DNA from: Azolla caroliniana
Lineage: Eukaryota > Plantae > Polypodiophyta
DNA: 64,000 nucleotides
Reading direction: 5' to 3'
Assembly: GCA_043228905.1 (NCBI GenBank)
Contig: JBHGNT010000012.1
Coordinates: 12,586,001-12,650,000, forward strand
The position numbers were made by a program, and so were the translations under genes. This document shows, piece after piece, positions 13,848-24,818 of this stretch. The number at the start of each line of letters is the position of its first letter. Positions within the stretch are counted from its first letter, which is position 1. A model generated the notes under the pieces. The model saw only the letters and a list, made by a program, of their open reading frames with translations. It searched no databases and was not told the DNA's origin.

Positions 13848-14550
13848 ATGGCTCAAAATAACGACCCGATGTCATCCGCTCAAGCGGAAGGAACTCAAGG
13901 GAATCCTCTTGGATACATGTCCATTCAGATGTATTTTTCACAAATAACCCAATACCTTAGTTTCACCGCTCAACTCATGACCGAACTTCGGCAATCTCAA
14001 ACTGCTCTCGAGGCACGTGGCATTAGTCTAAAACATGAGACTAATAGACCTGATGAGCGACAGGGCGAACCATCGTTTGTCGTTAAGCCATTTATGGGAG
14101 ACAAAAAGGAAAGAACCCAAGAAGCAATTTGCACGTGGCTGGGTCGATGGGAGTCTCATTTTGAGCTCTATCCCACGCCAAATAGTACGAAGATTGCATA
14201 TGTCGGCCGAGAACTAGGGGGTAAGGCCGCCGCTTGGTGGCGTGGGCTCCGTACTTTGGGGAAATTGCCCGATACCTGGACAGATTTTGTCACAGTTTTC
14301 AAGGGCCAATTTCTACAACCTCCCTCTTGAACCGAGGCAGCACAAGCTTTACTGAACCTCTCTAGCAGGAAGTTTTCCTCGCTAGATGATTATGTCCACC
14401 AGGCTAGAACCCAAATCCAAAAATCGGGTCTAGAAGGGGACAATTGGTTAATAGCTTGTTTTGTCAATGACATCCCCAATTCGGACTATCATTGGATAGT
14501 GCACGATAAGGATCCAAAATTCTTCGAAGAGCCGTTAAAATAGTTCTTCG
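13848..14550 (+). pseudogene. F gag (interrupted by G; resumes 19898)
   Basis: Homologous to F2 gag (MAQNNDPMSS...); internal stop at 14330. Confidence 0.85.
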
Positions 14551-15164
14551 TGTTGGGAATCGACGCTTCGATTCACCTTCACCACTCGGCCACAACCGAG
14601 TAATCGCGAATCAATGCAGCAGAAAATAGGAACCAAAGAGAGAAACACACGAATACACAGGGATTAACGTGGAAAACCCTAGATGGGAAAAACCACGGGA
14701 GTACAAGACTCCAAACCAACACTATACAAAGAGAAGTATACAATGGCGAGCTGCAAGGCGACGACCTTGAGCTCGCTGTCCTCGCCACAGACGGCGGAAA
14801 TACACAGAGGCGTCGTCCTCTTCCTCTCTCGCGCTCTATCTCTCTCTCTCTCTCTCTCACGGCTGCTCCCTCTTCACTCCTCTTGAGTGGAAAAACAGAA
14901 AAATGATCAGCAGCACTAAAACAGTTTGCCCTAAGTCATATTTATACATATATGACTTTGGGGCTATTTACAACTATAGCCTCAGGGGCCCATAGCAAAC
15001 ATATTCACGGATATGTCCCTGCATTCGGATCGCTCTCCGGGTACATTCGTCATCCGGCTCCGAAGCCGGGGTCTTCATCATCCGGTTCCGAAACCGAAAC
15101 CGGGCTCGTCGGCATTCATCTCCGACATCCGACCATCCCATCCAAAGGGACCGTAATCCCAAAA
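14551..15164 (-). repeat. 3' LTR of G
   Basis: Near-identical to 19279-19892; begins TT rather than TG on the minus strand. Confidence 0.96.
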
Positions 15165-15174
15165 AACTCCCCCT

Positions 15175-18100
15175 TCACTTCGGCATGGGATGTCTTTCCA
15201 ATCCGATCCTCTTCCGGCATGCTTCCAGCTTGTCGGGTGTGAGCACCTTGGTCAGCATATCCGACCCGTTCTCGTCCGTGTGGATCTTTGTCAGCACGAA
15301 CTCCTTGTCTTCTATCCTTTCCCGGATCCAGTGATATCTTCGCTGGATGTGCTTCGTCCGGGAGTGATAGGCCGCGTTCTTCGCAAGGTGGATTGCACTC
15401 TGACTGTCGCAGTAGAGTCGGTACTCCTCCTGCCGGATACCGAGCTCTCTAATGAAGTCCTTCATCCATATTATTTCCTTGCCGGCTTCAACAGCCGCCA
15501 TGTACTCCGCCTCCGTGGTTGACAACGCAACCGTCTTCTGCAGCCTCGACTGCCACGAAACGGCTCCCCCTGCATACGTCATCACATACCCTGATGTGGA
15601 CCGGCTGGTATCTACATCAGCCGACATATCCGAATCGGTGAAGCCGTCGAGTTCAGGCTTACCGGAGCCGAATCGGAGGCTCACGTTTGCCGTGCCTTTC
15701 AGGTATCGGAGTATCCTCTTGGCCGCGTTCCAATGCTCTTTGCCGGGATTGCTCATGTACCGGCTCACCACTCCGACTGCATATCCTATGTTCGGTCTCG
15801 TACACACCATGGCGTACATCAAGCTCCCGACGGCTGAGGCATACGGCACTTTCATCATATCCTCCTTTTCAGCCTTTGTCTTGGGACTTTGCTTGCTGGA
15901 CAGCTTGCAGTTTGCCGGGAGGGTCGATCCGACCGGTCTTGCTTCCGACATGTTGAACCGGTGAAGCACCTTCGTCACGTACTTCTCCTGTGACAGCCAC
16001 AGCTGCTTCTTCTTCCGGTCCCGGATGATGTGCATCCCTAGTATTTGCCTCGCCGGACCCAGGTCCTTCATTGAGAAGGTTCGGTGAAGAGCCTTCTTCA
16101 GCATCCGTATCTTGACCTGGTCCCGTCCGACGATCAACATGTCGTCCACGTACAGGAGGAGTATTAGAAAGTCTCCTCCTTCGAACTTCTTCACAAACAC
16201 GCAGTGGTCGGACTGCGTTTTGAGGTACCCTTCGTCGGTCATGAAGGAGTCGAACTTCCGGTACCATTGCCGGGGAGCCTGCTTCAGTCCGTAAAGGCTC
16301 TTCTTCAACCGGCATACCGGGTGCTCCTTCCCTTTCTTCTCGAATCCTTCTGGTTGTTGCATGTAGATCTCTTCATCGAGGTCACCGTGAAGGAATGCCG
16401 TCTTCACGTCCATCTGTTCTACCTCGAGGTCCATGCTTGCCGCTATGCTCAGCACCGTCCGGATGGAGGTCATCTTCACTACCGGGGCAAATATCTCGTC
16501 GAAATCGACGCCCTTCTTCTGCTGAAACCCCTTCACCACGATCCTGGCTTTGTATCTCGGGGGGTTTCCGGCATCTCCCGGTTTCAGCTTGAACACCCAC
16601 TTGTTTCGAAGTGCCCGCTTTCCTTTCGGCAACTCCACAAGTTCATATGTGTGGTTCTCATGCAGGGAATCCATCTCGTCCTGCATGGCACTCAACCACC
16701 TGCGGCTCTGGGTGTCATGTTTTGCTTCTTCAAAGCTCTCCGGCTCCCCCTCGTCGGTTAGCAGCACGTACTCTGGTTCCGGAAATCTCCGGGGGGCCCT
16801 TCTCTCTCTTAGAGGATATCTCCGTTCCGGAGCTTCGGTAACCGGTTCTTCCGATTCTTCTTCATCCGAATCCATTTCGGGATCGGGGCCGGTTCCGGTA
16901 TCATTTTCATCTTCTTCGGCCGGTTCTGTTTCTTCACCGTCTTCGGCCGGATCCTCGAGTGCTAACCGGTCCCTTGCCGGTCGGGACTGCTCCTCGTAGA
17001 GTTGATCCTCACCGGTCGACTTGGAGCTCTTCATCTTCTTCTCCGACTCCCAGTCGGCGAGTGTCTTGTCCTCCATGAAGATGATGTCTCGACTCCTGAA
17101 TATCTTCTTGTCGACCGGGTCCCATACTCGGTAGCCGAACTCGTCGTCGCCGTAACCGAGGAATATGCATGGCCGGGTCTTTGGATCTAGCTTTCCTCTC
17201 CGGTCCTTTGCCACATGCACGTATGCGAGACACCCGAACACCTTCAGATGCCGGTAGGACACTTCCTTACCGGTCCACACTTTCTGCGGCGTGTCTCCGT
17301 CCAAAGGTACTGAGGGTGATCTGTTTATCACGTATGTCGCCGTCGACATTGCCTCAGCCCAAAACCCCTTGGGTAATTTCGCATGCGCCAGCATACTCCG
17401 GACCCTCTCCATTATGGTCCGGTTCATCCTCTCGGCCAGCCCATTTAGTTCCGGCGTCTTCGGCACAATAAACTCGAGCCGGATTCCCTTCGAGCGACAG
17501 TACTCCTGGAACTGCCCCCGGTATTCCCCTCCGTTATCCGCTCGTATCGCTTTCAGCTTCTTGCCGGATTCCCTTTCCACTCTCGCGTGGAGTTCTTTGA
17601 AGACGCACAGCACTTGGTCCTTTGTCTTTAGCGGTGCCGTCCACAGCTTCCGGCTGTGATCATCAATGAATGTTACGAAGTACTGGGCTCCGCCATGTGA
17701 CTTCGTTTCTACCTGACACACATCAGTGTGCACCAACTCCAATGGTGCGCTACGTCTCGTCGGTGGCCTTGAGTGGAAGGAGGTTCGGTTCTGCTTACCG
17801 GCCAGGCAATCGGTGCACTTCTCCAGGTGCACATGCTTCACTGGAATAAGGTTGTCTTCTGCAAGCCTCTTCATCCCCTTCTCACTCATGTGGCATAGTC
17901 TTTTGTGCCACAGCTCACCGGCAGTGTCGGCTGCCACATTCAGCTCTTCCGGACATAACCGGGCATTCATCAGGTACAGTGTGTTGTCTTTCCGGGCCCG
18001 AGCCACTATCAGGCTCCCCTTGCTGAACTTCATTACGCCGTTCCGGATGCTACCTGTGTAGCCTTCATCGTCTAGCCTCCCGGCCGAAATCAGGTTCAAT

Positions 18101-19248
18101 CGAACCTCCGGAACGTGTCGGACATCCTTCAGCAGCATTTTGCATCCGGTCGGGGTTGTCAACCACACGTCTCCTATGCCGGCAATCCAGCACGTACCTT
18201 CATTTCCCATCCGAACACAGCCATGCTCACCGGCTGTGTAGGATGAGAAGTATCTTCTCTCCGGGGTCAGGTGGAACGATGCTCCGGAATCGACCACCCA
18301 GGTCGTCTCATCGCCGGCAATGTTTAGTTCACCTTCTTCGGTGATGAGCATGATTTCTTCCTCACTTGCTGCGAGTGCCGTTGTTCCTTTCCGGTCCTGC
18401 CCTCGCCGATCCGAACCTCTCCGGTCCGTGGCTCCCCGGTATGCACCGTTTCTCTCCGGTGACTTCTTCGAATCGGTGTCGTCGGCTCCGTTGTCTTTTC
18501 GGTAATGCCGACAATTCTTTCGGAAGTGCCCCGGCTTCCCACAGTGGAAGCATGTGGGCCTTCCTCTTGACTGCGGCCGGGTCCCCGACTTCTCCCGTCT
18601 TTGCGGACTCCGGTTCCATTGTCTTCCCCGATCCGATTCGGTAAGCAGCGCCTTCGAGTCGGAGGCCGGTTCTTTATCTCTCCGACGCGCTTCTTCGTTC
18701 AAAATACTTGTCTTTACCGTTTGTAAGGACAAGTTATCTTCGGTGCAGGAGGTGCTGAGAGTCACCACCAAGTTCTCCCAGCTTTCCGGCAATGTACACA
18801 TCAGGATGATGGCTTGCATTGCATCCTCCAACGGGAACTTGATCGCCGCAAGCTGATTCACGAATCCCATGAACGTGCTTACGTGTTCCACCATACTCTC
18901 GCCGTCCCGGTACTTGAGATTCACTATCTTCCTCATCAGGGAGGTCCGGTTCAACGCATTCTTCCTCTCATAGAGGCCCGATAGCTTCCGCCACATCTCA
19001 TATGCGTTGGTGTCGTTCGCCACATGTTGTAGAACGCTCACGTCGACGTATTGCCGAATGGTTGCAACGGCTTTCCGGTTCAGAAGCCTCCATTCCGACT
19101 CAAGTACCCCCTTCGGTATTTCCGACCTGTCAATCGGTTCGTACAGGTCCCGAACAATCAGAAGATCCTCCATCTTGATCTTCCAGTCGGCGTAATTCTG
19201 CGCATTCAGCACCATCATCCCCGGCTGCCCGCTGCCGCCGCCTTCCAT
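15175..19248 (-). CDS. gag-pol: Gag-PR-INT-RT-RH polyprotein (1357 aa from the first ATG after the PBS)
   Basis: CFHCGKPGHFRKNC, VVDSGASFH, HKRLCH..CTDC, HTD/ADNGGE/LAE, YVDD, TDSD/TEAEY/CDSQ; no stops. Confidence 0.96.
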   Translation of the reverse strand: MEGGGSGQPGMMVLNAQNYADWKIKMEDLLIVRDLYEPIDRSEIPKGVLESEWRLLNRKAVATIRQYVDVSVLQHVANDTNAYEMWRKLSGLYERKNALNRTSLMRKIVNLKYRDGESMVEHVSTFMGFVNQLAAIKFPLEDAMQAIILMCTLPESWENLVVTLSTSCTEDNLSLQTVKTSILNEEARRRDKEPASDSKALLTESDRGRQWNRSPQRREKSGTRPQSRGRPTCFHCGKPGHFRKNCRHYRKDNGADDTDSKKSPERNGAYRGATDRRGSDRRGQDRKGTTALAASEEEIMLITEEGELNIAGDETTWVVDSGASFHLTPERRYFSSYTAGEHGCVRMGNEGTCWIAGIGDVWLTTPTGCKMLLKDVRHVPEVRLNLISAGRLDDEGYTGSIRNGVMKFSKGSLIVARARKDNTLYLMNARLCPEELNVAADTAGELWHKRLCHMSEKGMKRLAEDNLIPVKHVHLEKCTDCLAGKQNRTSFHSRPPTRRSAPLELVHTDVCQVETKSHGGAQYFVTFIDDHSRKLWTAPLKTKDQVLCVFKELHARVERESGKKLKAIRADNGGEYRGQFQEYCRSKGIRLEFIVPKTPELNGLAERMNRTIMERVRSMLAHAKLPKGFWAEAMSTATYVINRSPSVPLDGDTPQKVWTGKEVSYRHLKVFGCLAYVHVAKDRRGKLDPKTRPCIFLGYGDDEFGYRVWDPVDKKIFRSRDIIFMEDKTLADWESEKKMKSSKSTGEDQLYEEQSRPARDRLALEDPAEDGEETEPAEEDENDTGTGPDPEMDSDEEESEEPVTEAPERRYPLRERRAPRRFPEPEYVLLTDEGEPESFEEAKHDTQSRRWLSAMQDEMDSLHENHTYELVELPKGKRALRNKWVFKLKPGDAGNPPRYKARIVVKGFQQKKGVDFDEIFAPVVKMTSIRTVLSIAASMDLEVEQMDVKTAFLHGDLDEEIYMQQPEGFEKKGKEHPVCRLKKSLYGLKQAPRQWYRKFDSFMTDEGYLKTQSDHCVFVKKFEGGDFLILLLYVDDMLIVGRDQVKIRMLKKALHRTFSMKDLGPARQILGMHIIRDRKKKQLWLSQEKYVTKVLHRFNMSEARPVGSTLPANCKLSSKQSPKTKAEKEDMMKVPYASAVGSLMYAMVCTRPNIGYAVGVVSRYMSNPGKEHWNAAKRILRYLKGTANVSLRFGSGKPELDGFTDSDMSADVDTSRSTSGYVMTYAGGAVSWQSRLQKTVALSTTEAEYMAAVEAGKEIIWMKDFIRELGIRQEEYRLYCDSQSAIHLAKNAAYHSRTKHIQRRYHWIRERIEDKEFVLTKIHTDENGSDMLTKVLTPDKLEACRKRIGLERHPMPK

Positions 19249-19263
19249 TTTCTGCAACAGCTC

Positions 19264-19275
19264 GCTCTGATACCA
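19264..19275 (-). promoter_or_regulatory. PBS (tRNA-iMet) of G
   Basis: TGGTATCAGAGC. Confidence 0.95.
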
Positions 19276-19278
19276 GAT

Positions 19279-19892
19279 TGTTGGGAATCGACGCTTCGAT
19301 TCACCTTCACCACTCGGCCACAACCGAGTAATCGCGAATCAATGCAGCAGAAAATAGGAACCAAAGAGAGAAACACACGAATACACAGGGATTAACGTGG
19401 AAAACCCTAGATGGGAAAAACCACGGGAGTACAAGACTCCAAACCAACACTATACAAAGAGAAGTATACAATGGCGAGCTGCAAGGCGACGACCTTGAGC
19501 TCGCTGTCCTCGCCACAGACGGCGGAAATACACAGAGGCGTCGTCCTCTTCCTCTCTCGCGCTCTATCTCTCTCTCTCTCTCTCTCACGGCTGCTCCCTC
19601 TTCACTCCTCTTGAGTGGAAAAACAGAAAAATGATCAGCAGCACTAAAACAGTTTGCCCTAAGTCATATTTATACATATATGACTTTGGGGCTATTTACA
19701 ACTATAGCCTCAGGGGCCCATAGCAAACATATTCACGGATATGTCCCTGCATTCGGATCGCTCTCCGAGTACATTCGTCATCCGGCTCCGAAGCCGGGGT
19801 CTTCATCATCCGGTTCCGAAACCGAAACCGGGCTCGTCGGCATTCATCTCCGACATCCGACCATCCCATCCGAAGGGACCGTAATCCCAACA
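19279..19892 (-). repeat. 5' LTR of G
   Basis: TG..CA termini, TSD adjacent. Confidence 0.96.
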
Positions 19893-19897
19893 CTTCG

Positions 19898-21007
19898 CTA
19901 TCAACGCACTTCGAAGAAGGACCACAACAAACCCAACGAAGCGCCCAAGACTAAGCAGTCTCAATTCTGTCGAAAACGCAAGACACCCAACGAATTCATG
20001 GATCGCGATTGTAAGCAACAATATCCTTTTTGCGTATTCTGCAAAAAGAAGGGTCAGATTCCTAATGTCCTTCAGGTCTATACACATCATTTAAGTAAAT
20101 GTCAATGTTCTTTCCCTCACTATGTATTGGGTCCCAATGATTTACTACGTGCAAACGGGTTTATCAGTGGATCTCCTGTACAATTATTATTTGTTTCGGG
20201 AAGCTCACACAACTTTGTGAATGATCGTTTGGTTTAGATATGGGGAACCCAACCCACCGTAAGTGATCACACCTACACGATGCACTTGGCTGATGGAAGA
20301 GTACAAAATGGGAACGTTATCTCCCAATTTTGGAATTTGCTTATAACAACTCCAAGCATACAACGACGGGATATAGTCCTTTTATGTTGATGTATGGTTT
20401 TCAGCCACGAGCCCCGATTGATGTTAATATACATCATGATGAGTTGCGAAGTACGCAAAAATTTCTTCGGGATATGCAAGATATGTTGCATATTGCACGA
20501 GATAATATAAAATCAGCTCAAGGTAGAGCTTGTTTTTATGCCGATCATCATAGGCAACCTCGTGTATTCAACCCTGGACAGAAGGTAGTTTTACGTGTAC
20601 CTCACAATTCTAAGACATTGTCTATGGGTAAGTGCGCTAAGTTAGCCCCACGGTTTTGTGGACCTTTTACAGGCCTCAAACACATTGGATCATCAGCCTA
20701 TCGTCTCACTCTTCCCGATGGTGTTGGAATTCATCCAGTCTTTCATGTGAGTCGTCTAAAGAACTTCTAGGTTCTGGCGACAATACAGTTACAACTGAAA
20801 CTCTGGTTACTTCTGAAGAATTATCTTCTAAACCACATGTACCAGAAAGAATTCTCGATGTTAAAACAAAAAAATTACGTACTAAAGAAATCTGAGAATT
20901 TAAAATAAAATGGATGGATAAATCAATAAAAGATGCTACTTGGGAACGCGAAAATACTCTCAGAACTAACTTCCCTAACTTTCCATTGCAAGAGTGCAAT
21001 GTTTTAA
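19898..21007 (+). pseudogene. F gag end / PR start fused to INT C-terminus and chromodomain
   Basis: Colinear with F2 5525-6008, then 7435-8140. Confidence 0.85.
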
Positions 21008-21019
21008 AGAGGGAGAGTA

Positions 21020-21476
21020 TGTTACGGGCATGACCATATAATATCCCATGGTGAGAATTTACCGTAGTATTCAATACACGTGGATAAGTGTGAGGGTTAA
21101 ACGAGAGTGTAAAGAAGGGGAGGATTACTTTTAAATCCTCGAGATTGAGACAACCTATTAGGCCAAGTGTGAACATGGCTAGGGGCCTTGGGTATCGCTA
21201 TAAATACGAGGCCTAGCTACCCTCATTTGATTATCTTGTTGACTACGTCAAGACTCCGTCTTGTGGTGGGTCAACTCTTGTAGTGAGCACGCCAGCACCA
21301 AGTATGACTCGACGCCACAGCGGTAGTATGGGACACCGATCGAGGCTCGAGTCCGTCTCTATCCCTTCGCTCTGGGATGGTTGGGTGGATCGGCACCGTT
21401 CTTTCTCTCTCTCTTTTCTTTCTATCTACCTAGATCTATCCTTATCTAATGCTTACTTTAGTACATGTCTCTAATA
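21020..21476 (+). repeat. 3' LTR of F
   Basis: Preceded by PPT, followed by TSD GCCAC. Confidence 0.92.
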
Positions 21477-21481
21477 GCCAC

Positions 21482-22210
21482 CACGAAGAAGAGTGCCGAA
21501 AGAAGATGTGTGAATTGGCTTCCACTTGCCAACAACTAACCAATTACACCAGCAATTCCGACTATGACGACCATGGCGGAATGTTCATGATGAGACATAG
21601 AGCAAATTCTATGTCGGCTTCTACTTCAACTAGTGCCTCTAGTCTGGAAGATGTATGGTTCGTCGACTCCGATGCCTCGAACCATATGACATCACATCAA
21701 GAATGGTTCTGAGAACTTCGAGAGCCAGATCGAGTCGGCTATGTCAAAACTAGAGTCAACACTACTCATCCGATTCGGCACATCGGCAATGTTCCATTCG
21801 GAAAAGAAGGTAATCAAACTTACACTAAGAATGTATTGCATGTATTGACCATCACAATGGTCTCATTCAGCCAAATTGTGGAGCAAGGCGTGCAAGTTCG
21901 ATTTAACCAAGGCGGTTGCTTCATCGAAAAAGAGGGTCGACTCATCGCTCGCGGTCGAAGGGAAGGCCGAATGTTCATTCTCAATTCAAACGAGATGAAA
22001 TCAGCCATGTTTGAAAAAGGCACCAAAGCTGATACAAACATAGACTTGTGGCACAAGAGGATTGACCACATCAATCTCAATAAAATCAAGGCAATGCAAT
22101 CGAAAGAAGTCTTCAGCGGGCTCCCGACCATCGAAGAGAAGGAGATTGAAGGCGTATGTGCAGCCTACCAATTCGGCAAGCAACATCAGCACCCGTTCCC
22201 GAAAGAGAAG
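21482..22210 (+). pseudogene. E protease / pre-integrase (segment 2)
   Basis: WFVDSDASNHMT, LWHKRIDH, HPFPKE. Confidence 0.85.
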
Positions 22211-22246
22211 TGTTGAGTAACAAGCTCAACATCGGGTGCGTAGTAC

Positions 22247-22660
22247 TAAAACAGAGAGAGAATTAGTACTAGAGAAGGGAAGTACTATTAGTACTAAGAG
22301 GATGGGACTACGTAAGACTCCCAAGAGGGAGGAAAGAGAAGAGGAGAGAGAGAGAGAGAGATGATGATGATAACAGATGATATATTATAGGAAGAGTAAG
22401 TACAAGATGGCTATGAGGCTTAAGACTGGTGTTGAACCAATTTGGTTCAAAATAATGCCTAGTGCCTTCTTTTATAGTGTTCTCAGGAGTAATCTTGAAG
22501 CTTCTAGAATGTTCCAGGGAAATCTAGAATATACATTAATTTCCTATAACAAAACTTAAATGAAAATAATATCTTACGTATTACAATAGATGGTATAATG
22601 GTCAAGAGCTCGACCCATATAAGATAAGATCATGGGTTCAAGTCTTTCCATATCATGACA
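22247..22660 (-). repeat. 3' LTR of D
   Basis: Matches 41574-41927. Confidence 0.88.
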
Positions 22661-22673
22661 CTATCTCCCCCTT

Positions 22674-24179
22674 AAGACGACGAGTGGAACGAGTCGGCGC
22701 TGATTGCGGACCGGGTTTGTCTGGATACTTTCGGTGGAACTCAGCAAGAAGATCCTAAGCATTGGCAACATGCTCGACGGGTTCCCAAGTACGTTCGCTC
22801 GGACTATAACTGAGCCAATCGACCAAATAATAAAGTTTGTTGTGAACAAGTTTGGAATCGAGCATGGTAGCAACTTCATACTCCGGGCCAGCTTCCAACT
22901 CAAGCGGTGGCGGCAGTAGTGTAACACGATCGGGAATAGTGTTTGCTTTATAAGGTTCAAGAAGAGAGCTATGGAAAACTGGATGGATCTGAAGATGCGG
23001 AGGGAGATCAAGGCGGAACATGGCATCATTAACCTTACTAGTAATACGGAAAGGACCGAGTCATCGATAATCCAATTTGTCGCATGGTCGACTAGTCTTG
23101 ATGTGACGACGTAAGAGCCATACTTGCTCTCCAATGGCAAAAGAAGAGGGAAGCCGATGACGATCCGCATAAGTCTTTTGTGTGTGTTGAGCATGACGAA
23201 GATGAGTAGAGAGATCCACCTGGATCTTGCGTAGCCTCTCCAAATGATCCTCGGCACGAGGATTGGTAGGTAGCTCCGGGGTGTCGATCACCGACCCGCG
23301 AGGATGAGAACCGGTATAAGTGTAAAATGGGGAGACCCGAGTCGAGGAGTGAACAACATTATTATATGCAAACTCCGCAAACTGGAGAATCTCGGCCCAA
23401 TCGTCCTGTTGATAGCTCAGAAAACACCAGAGATATTGTTCCAACGTTTGGTTTGTTTGTTCCGCCTAACCATTGGTCTGGGGATGGTAGCCAGAGGAGA
23501 GGTTGCAAGAGACCTTGCGCATCTTGAAGAGATGTTGCCAAAATTTGGAGACGAATTGAGGTCCTCGGTCACTGATGATATTGTCTAGGAGGCCATGATG
23601 TCGAAATAACTCACGCATGACAAGGGTGGCGGTTTCCTCGCTAGTGATGGCCTTAGTACACAGCACAAAATGTGCCATCTTAGTATATCGATCGACAACT
23701 GTTAAGATAGCATCGAACCCCTTCGAGATCGGTAGATATGTGATAAAATCAAGACAAATAGACTGCCACGGCTTACTTGGAATCGGTAAGGGTTCCAACA
23801 AGCCATATGGATGGTGTCGGGGCATCTTTGCTCGGCAGCAAGCGTCACAAGTCTGAATGTAGTCGTCGACAAAACGTCGCATATGGGGCCACCAAAAAGA
23901 TCGTTGAATGAGATCCAACGTCTTAATTCTACCGAAATGTCCCGTTGTATGGGTGTCGTGGCAATTTTGGACGATTTGAAGGCGACAGAAGCAATCGGGG
24001 ACATATAGAAGCTTTTTAAAGAATAACAAACCATCATGATATTCGAATTATCGGTAGTCCATACCTAGTTGTTGAGATTGGGAACAGGATGCCCGAGAGG
24101 TATCAATGTGCGCCAAAATGTCTTCAGCAAAACTATCTGTCTTCAAGTTCGCACGTATGACATCGGTAATCCGGGAATC
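22674..24179 (-). pseudogene. D integrase + chromodomain
   Basis: ISDRGPQF, EYEVATMLDSK..YYLVDWLSYSPSERTWEP; stops and frameshifts. Confidence 0.88.
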
Positions 24180-24554
24180 TGTAAAAGATTATGTGCGGAA
24201 GCAATAGAAAACAAACACAGAAAACACGAAGGTTTAATGGAAAGCTTTACAGTATGCGGGAGAGACAGAGAAAGAGCAGAACAACTTAATTCTATTACAA
24301 AACAATAATAGTTCTCTGTACATGAAACGTGCTGAACAACACTATTTATACAAGTCCTGAGAGGACTAACAGAAGTACCACATACTTCAATGCTCACTCG
24401 AGCGTTTGGCATTGACTACGAGACTGTTAACTCCCTAGTAGTCTAGCTACTACTAGGCTTCCGGTTACTGATGGATCCAGCTAACCGACTCCCCAGCTCA
24501 CCGGCTCATCCTTCTGGATGCTGATCCGGATCCGGTTGAGCTTGTCTCTCAACA
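24180..24554 (-). repeat. 3' LTR of B
   Basis: Pairs with 38286-38681. Confidence 0.92.
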
Positions 24555-24818
24555 CTCCCCCTCAAGCTCAATTTGAGGTTGGATCGTAGTGTCAGTCTCT
24601 ATGGCAACCGGTCCTTCCACCTGGTTCCTTCTGGCGTCACTCCGCCTCGCTTACGCTCTATGTCCGGTCCGGTCCTGTTTGCCGCGACCCTTCTGTTCCT
24701 GCGCATCTCGACTTCCTTGGTCGGCCTGTCTGCTCAACAGGCCCAATTCAACTCCCTTGTTGTTGTGACTTCGGCTTTTGTGGATTCGCCAATCCATTCG
24801 TGTTGGCGTCGACTTTTG

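Larger units (their letters stand above)
14551..19892 (-). mobile_element. Copia G (Tork/Tnt1-like), full length and young
   Basis: Two 614-bp LTRs with 3 differences visible by eye, perfect TSD CTTCG, PBS 19264-19275, PPT 15165-15180, intact ORF. Confidence 0.97.
11826..21476 (+). mobile_element. Chromoviral Gypsy F, internally deleted
   Basis: LTRs 11826-12282 and 21020-21476, perfect TSD GCCAC, degenerate iMet PBS 12285-12296, PPT 21008-21017; gag from 13848; PR fused to the INT C-terminus and chromodomain at ~20305. Confidence 0.92.

Noticed and set aside
15190-19395. Many plus-strand ORFs overlapping G (similar cases over J and Z)
   Set aside because: Antisense shadows of GC-rich coding sequence
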